DNA from: an uncultured Bacteroidota bacterium
GTDB taxonomy: Bacteria > Bacteroidota > Bacteroidia > Chitinophagales > Chitinophagaceae
Assembly (NCBI GenBank): GCA_903881585.1
Contig: CAIRTW010000350.1
Location: 2,988-66,987, forward strand
Length of the DNA: 64,000 bases
Direction of reading: 5' to 3'
Part shown: piece by piece, positions 61,089-64,000 of the stretch
Layout: each line of letters begins with the position of its first letter
Position numbering within the stretch: position 1 is the stretch's first letter
Notes under the pieces: generated by a model
Told to the model about the DNA's origin: nothing
Seen by the model: the letters and a program-made list of their open reading frames with translations, nothing else
Database searches by the model: none
Program-made: the position numbers and the translations under genes

Positions 61089-64000
61089 ATGCATATAGGT
61101 ATAAACCGCTTTTTCTTGCTATTGGCTTTTATTTTTGGAATAATTCAACCTTCAACTGCGCAAACGGTAACTTACTATCCAACAGGTGAGGAATTCTCGG
61201 GCCCGTTTCCAAGTTGGAAAAATGTGAAGACCGATTTTGGGGCGATGGGTGACGGGGTAACTGATGATGCGGCGGCGATCAATGCCGCGCTCCTTGCAAT
61301 GAGAAATACCGGGACTAATAATTATAATGTACTGTACTTTCCTGCAGGTACTTACCTTATAAACGATACCCTGTTTAATGTGAACAGGATAAGCGGCGAA
61401 GACTATTCCGGTGTACAGATCATTGGCGAAGACCCTGCCACAGCCATTATCAAATGGAATGGAGCTGCCTTTGGTACCATGCTTTATGTGAACGGATGGT
61501 ATATGCGTGTGAGCCGCCTCACGTTTGACGGTAATGGAACAGCCGAAAGGGGTATATTCCACACGGGCGGATTTTCTACGGGCTGTGAATGGAGTGACCT
61601 GTTTTTTGTAAATTTTAATCCTGTGTATAGTATAGGGCTAGACTTTAGTGCGCCGGTCAACGGCCAGGCGGAGAATGCCATTATGCGCTGCAGATTTACA
61701 GGCGTGAAGTATGGTATCATGAGCTGCAACTGGAACAGCCTGGACCAATGGGTATGGAACTGCCTCTTTGCAGATTGTCATGCCGCGCTGGATCAATGCA
61801 CGGGCTACTGCCAGGCATATGGAAATGTTTTTCTCAGGTCGGTATGGTATGACATCAGCGGCTCGCCATATAAGAACGTTATGATGAATAATACCTCCAT
61901 CAATTCAGCATGCTTTCTTCAAACACAGGACGGCTGGCTGCAAGGCAATAAAATATATAGCAATGTTGATGATTCGGTGCACACGAGTATCGGCTCAATG
62001 CTGGTGGACAATATTATCAGTACGCCAAGCAATGCCTGGCCCTCCGCGCGTGTAAGAAATGGCTCCAACACCGTAATAGGAAATACATTCTGCAAGACGA
62101 AACATATCTGGCCCTACTTCCCAATACAGCCACCCTTCCAGCAGTTTGACCACGGCCTTGGCGGATCTTACAACGTGGGTAAAGAAATAGAGAAAAGTAT
62201 TGACAACGATGCCTCCACCAGTTTCGCCTCACAGGTTGCTGATGGCCTTGGCGGTATTCAGTGGAACTGCCCTTTGGGAACCAGGAGGACAGTGAAAAAA
62301 TATACTTTATCAGCGCCGCCTAACAGTGGCGGCAAGTCGCCCGGCACATTCATTCTGCGGGCTTCCAACGATTGGGGTTATACATGGACTACGCTTGATA
62401 CCGAAGTGGCGCAGGTCTTTACAGGTGGCGGTGGCCTGCATACCTATACGATAACCAATACTACTCCTTACGGCATTTATGAATTCCGGCCAACAGTTGG
62501 TAATGCCTCCGGCTGGATAGAGGTGATCGAATTCCATTTGTACGATTCATCGGGCAGTGACCTGACACAGGACGGTACAGGCTTATTGTGTGGCGCTGAC
62601 GAACCATGGGGCACTTATATCTCCCTGGATAACAATGTTGTTGATTCATCGGCAATACCTGCACCAACGACTGTATCGCTGCCCGGTACGCCACCCAATA
62701 TGCACCGAACTATTTTTGAAGTACCGACCGGAACGGGTGATGATGCACTTGCTATTCAAACCAAAATCGATTCCGCGGCCATGCTGCCGTTGGGCAACAA
62801 ACCAGTGGTACACATTCCCAATGGCTTGTTCAATATACTCCGCACTATCAATGTGCCGGCTGGCAGCGATATGCAGCTGATTGGCGATGGAGTAGGTTCC
62901 GGCACCATTACCCGGCTCAACTGGACCGGAGACACCACTGGCCCGCTTATGAAGTGCGCAGGGCCAAGCAGCGTAACGATAAAAGATATGCTGCTGATAT
63001 CGAAATATACCAGCGGAGTAGAGCCATTAGTTATTGAAGATGCAGACCAGGTTGGCGGCCGTATTTACGGCAACCAGTTTCACGCAGGCGGGCATGATGT
63101 GGACCATTATGGAGATGTGGGCATATATGCGGATGGTGTAGAGAACAGCGACATTACCCTCATCTGCGGAGGCCCGGGAGAGTGCCTGAATGGCGCTATT
63201 AAAGCAAAAGGAGGAACTGTGCTGTCCTCTGGCGGAAATACCAATGGCCAGTTCTCCTGCTTATCCGGGGCATCCGGAGGAACCCAGAATTTATTCAGTG
63301 TAGTGGATGGCGGACGTATTACTGCGGAAGGAATGTGGTATGAGGGCTATCAGAATGTGCTGACGGACGGGCTGATCGACCTGGAGAATTGCACAGGAAA
63401 ATTATCCCTGGCCTGTATGGCATGGTATCTCGACAGCAATTGCCATGAGCCCATCATTCATACTAACAATTTCAGTGGAAATTTAACACTTGTTCTTAAT
63501 CATTTGAACCAGATAGAGTGGTCCAAAAGCGTAATGGAAGGTTCTGGTACAGGAGCCAATTTACTCAGCGCTTATAACGACTGGGGGCAGTCCGCTCCAA
63601 TGGGTGGAACCGCAGACTCAGTTTGGCAAGATCTTACCTCCCCTGATGCTAACGCGGCCTTTTACCGCAACAATGCAACGACTAACCTTCACTACCTGGA
63701 CGATGTCGTTGATAAAGTACATAACAAGCTGCCGGATAGCACAGTGCTGCTCAATGACCTAACGCAGCTACGTGCAGTGCGCGCAGACCCACCTATGGAT
63801 ATGGCTGCAGGTGTTACCGATGTAAAGCTTTTCAGGGTAAGCATATGGGGAGCGCAACGGAACGCAGCAGCGCATTTTATTGGCGTGCCTACTGTGCTCA
63901 CCACCTCAGCGCCGAATGTTCAGAATGTCAAAACAGGTATTGTGTCCCTATACCCCACCGTGGTGCAACAAAATTATACAGTTGCTTACAACCTCCCGGA
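61089..64000 (+). CDS. Secreted two-beta-helix (Pectate_lyase_3/GH55-like) glycan enzyme with F5/8-like insert and probable T9SS type A CTD (3' end outside window; not in ORF track)
   Basis: Hand translation: MHIGINRFFLLLAF signal; NVKTDFGAMGDGVTDDAAAINAAL...LYFPAGTYLI; second repeat GTGDDALAIQ...VHIPNG near 62730; SLYPT at the end in the same frame. Confidence 0.8.
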   Translation, partial: MHIGINRFFLLLAFIFGIIQPSTAQTVTYYPTGEEFSGPFPSWKNVKTDFGAMGDGVTDDAAAINAALLAMRNTGTNNYNVLYFPAGTYLINDTLFNVNRISGEDYSGVQIIGEDPATAIIKWNGAAFGTMLYVNGWYMRVSRLTFDGNGTAERGIFHTGGFSTGCEWSDLFFVNFNPVYSIGLDFSAPVNGQAENAIMRCRFTGVKYGIMSCNWNSLDQWVWNCLFADCHAALDQCTGYCQAYGNVFLRSVWYDISGSPYKNVMMNNTSINSACFLQTQDGWLQGNKIYSNVDDSVHTSIGSMLVDNIISTPSNAWPSARVRNGSNTVIGNTFCKTKHIWPYFPIQPPFQQFDHGLGGSYNVGKEIEKSIDNDASTSFASQVADGLGGIQWNCPLGTRRTVKKYTLSAPPNSGGKSPGTFILRASNDWGYTWTTLDTEVAQVFTGGGGLHTYTITNTTPYGIYEFRPTVGNASGWIEVIEFHLYDSSGSDLTQDGTGLLCGADEPWGTYISLDNNVVDSSAIPAPTTVSLPGTPPNMHRTIFEVPTGTGDDALAIQTKIDSAAMLPLGNKPVVHIPNGLFNILRTINVPAGSDMQLIGDGVGSGTITRLNWTGDTTGPLMKCAGPSSVTIKDMLLISKYTSGVEPLVIEDADQVGGRIYGNQFHAGGHDVDHYGDVGIYADGVENSDITLICGGPGECLNGAIKAKGGTVLSSGGNTNGQFSCLSGASGGTQNLFSVVDGGRITAEGMWYEGYQNVLTDGLIDLENCTGKLSLACMAWYLDSNCHEPIIHTNNFSGNLTLVLNHLNQIEWSKSVMEGSGTGANLLSAYNDWGQSAPMGGTADSVWQDLTSPDANAAFYRNNATTNLHYLDDVVDKVHNKLPDSTVLLNDLTQLRAVRADPPMDMAAGVTDVKLFRVSIWGAQRNAAAHFIGVPTVLTTSAPNVQNVKTGIVSLYPTVVQQNYTVAYNLP

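Overview
Chromosomal window from a Bacteroidota genome, probably Chitinophagales (inferred from T9SS cargo, TAnnTTTG promoters and gene orders). It holds lutB (cut by the window start), envelope proteases, an acyl-CoA pair, two type II TA modules, an orphan gldN-like gene, an ECF sigma cluster with an S41 peptidase and two erythromycin-esterase-like proteins, atpBEFHA (no atpG), a small AT-rich islet, pyrG, four tandem T9SS surface proteins, the dcw cluster mraZ..ftsZ, and a double beta-helix glycan enzyme missing from the ORF track. I saw no rRNA, tRNA, CRISPR, transposase or integrase. The most unusual signals are non-coding: modular heptamer spacers with a shared CTGTT..AAACAATCC junction in the atp and dcw operons, a DnaA-box cluster over the MraZ operator, an exact 11-bp-period TGAGCAA array, and REP-like doublets. 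All calls come from reading motifs by eye; no searches were run.
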